Of a DNA stretch of 64,000 nt, positions 63,282-64,000 are shown piece after piece; position 1 is the stretch's first letter, and each line of letters begins with the position of its first letter. The stretch is from Dictyostelium discoideum (Eukaryota). Below the pieces are notes generated by a model. It made no database searches. It was not told where the DNA came from and worked only from the letters and a program-made list of their open reading frames with translations. Location: assembly GCA_000004695.1 (NCBI GenBank), contig CM000155.2:1184001-1248000 (forward strand), read 5' to 3'. The position numbers and the translations under genes were made by a program.

Positions 63282-63307
63282 GGGGGGTGAGGGTGGGTGT
63301 TGGGTGA
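63282..63307. promoter_or_regulatory. G-rich GT element (aggggggtgagggtgggtgttgggtg) resembling Dictyostelium G-box / GBF-binding sites, about 570 bp upstream of the MATE gene ATG
   Basis: It is an isolated G/T island (26 nt, about 70% G) in otherwise A/T-only intergenic DNA. It lies on the promoter side of the minus-strand MATE gene and 3' of bub3. Confidence 0.35.
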
Positions 63308-63460
63308 AATTATTAAAACTTTTTTTTTTTTTTTTTTTTTAAAAATTCTAAAATTAAAAAAAGATATTTTTACACTTTGACAATATTTACACATTTAATT
63401 TTAGCCAATAATTTATTTATTTATTTTTTTTTTTAATTCTTTTTTACAATTTTTAAATTT

Positions 63461-64000
63461 TTATTTTATTGGTTTTATAATTTTTTCACTTAAAATATTA
63501 TGAATAAAAATTTGATCAGGTGGATGACTAAAAAAAAAAAAAAAATTAAAAAATTAATATAATAATTATAAATATTTTTAATAAATAAATAAATAAATAA
63601 ATAATACAAACTCTTTTTCACCTTCTTCAAAAGTATAAGAAGAAGCAACAGCTAATATATTACCATCAGTATTGAAAGACATTGAAGAGATTGAAGTTGG
63701 ATAAGTTTTTAAAGCATGTAAACGTTTACGATTTGCACCATCCCAGAAGAAAACGTTTTTATCGCAACCACCAGTTGCAAAGGTGCCATAATGGGGATTG
63801 AAAGCGATACAATTTACAGGATAAACCACATCTACACCAGATTCGGTTAAACGATGACATTTGAAAGCGTATTTCTTTGATTGTACCGCAGGGGAAGGGT
63901 CGAAATATTCCATTGCAATACGACCCTCCACCGAGGCCAATGCATATCCTTTGCCATCTGTGAAAGTACGTATACATCTTGTTTGATATTTAATTGAGGA
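63461..64000 (-). CDS. bub3: Mitotic checkpoint protein BUB3 (WD40), 3' portion; the gene continues beyond the window end
   Basis: The last two exons on the minus strand are approximately 63612..64000+ (GTTTGT donor) and 63461..63527. The protein is near-identical to BUB3: [88 protein letters not shown] and a C-terminal HPPDQIFI. Codon usage is noticeably less AT-biased than in neighbouring genes. Confidence 0.8.

Overview
This is nuclear genomic DNA from a dictyostelid social amoeba (Dictyostelium discoideum-like). The evidence is the very AT-rich sequence, long homopolymer A/T runs, (AAT)n/(CAA)n coding microsatellites giving poly-Asn/Gln tracts, short AT-rich introns with GTAAGT/GTATGT donors and T-rich ...AG acceptors, and alternating strands of compact genes. 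I find no prokaryotic features: no CRISPR array, rRNA or tRNA gene, operon, or mobile element. From the ORF track plus manual splicing (done by eye, so exon ends may be off by 1-3 nt) I reconstruct about 21 protein-coding genes. They are two tandem Frizzled/Smoothened-like 7TM receptors, a D-2-hydroxyacid dehydrogenase, a Q/T/P-rich hypothetical protein, a DEAD-box helicase, an MrfA-type membrane-tethered NDT80 transcription factor with peptidase-S74 and TM domains, a patatin-like phospholipase, a GALK2-like galactokinase, an unusual CS + 2xSH3 + catalytically dead glutaminase-like fusion protein, a CAAX-less Rac-family GTPase, exportin-7, a small single-TM hypothetical, an HSDL2-like SDR, ALG11 mannosyltransferase, a large RBR-type E3 ligase, proteasome alpha-2, Rab3GAP catalytic subunit (with an apparent 1-nt frameshift), a UBR-box N-recognin E3, a BLM-like RecQ helicase, a MATE transporter and the 3' part of BUB3. 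Non-coding observations are a GBF-like G-rich box upstream of the MATE gene, tandem or inverted repeats in several intergenic regions, and an odd G/C-homopolymer-containing stretch downstream of xpo7. Nothing resembles a defence system. The SH3-pseudoglutaminase fusion and the MrfA-type factor are the most biologically interesting loci.
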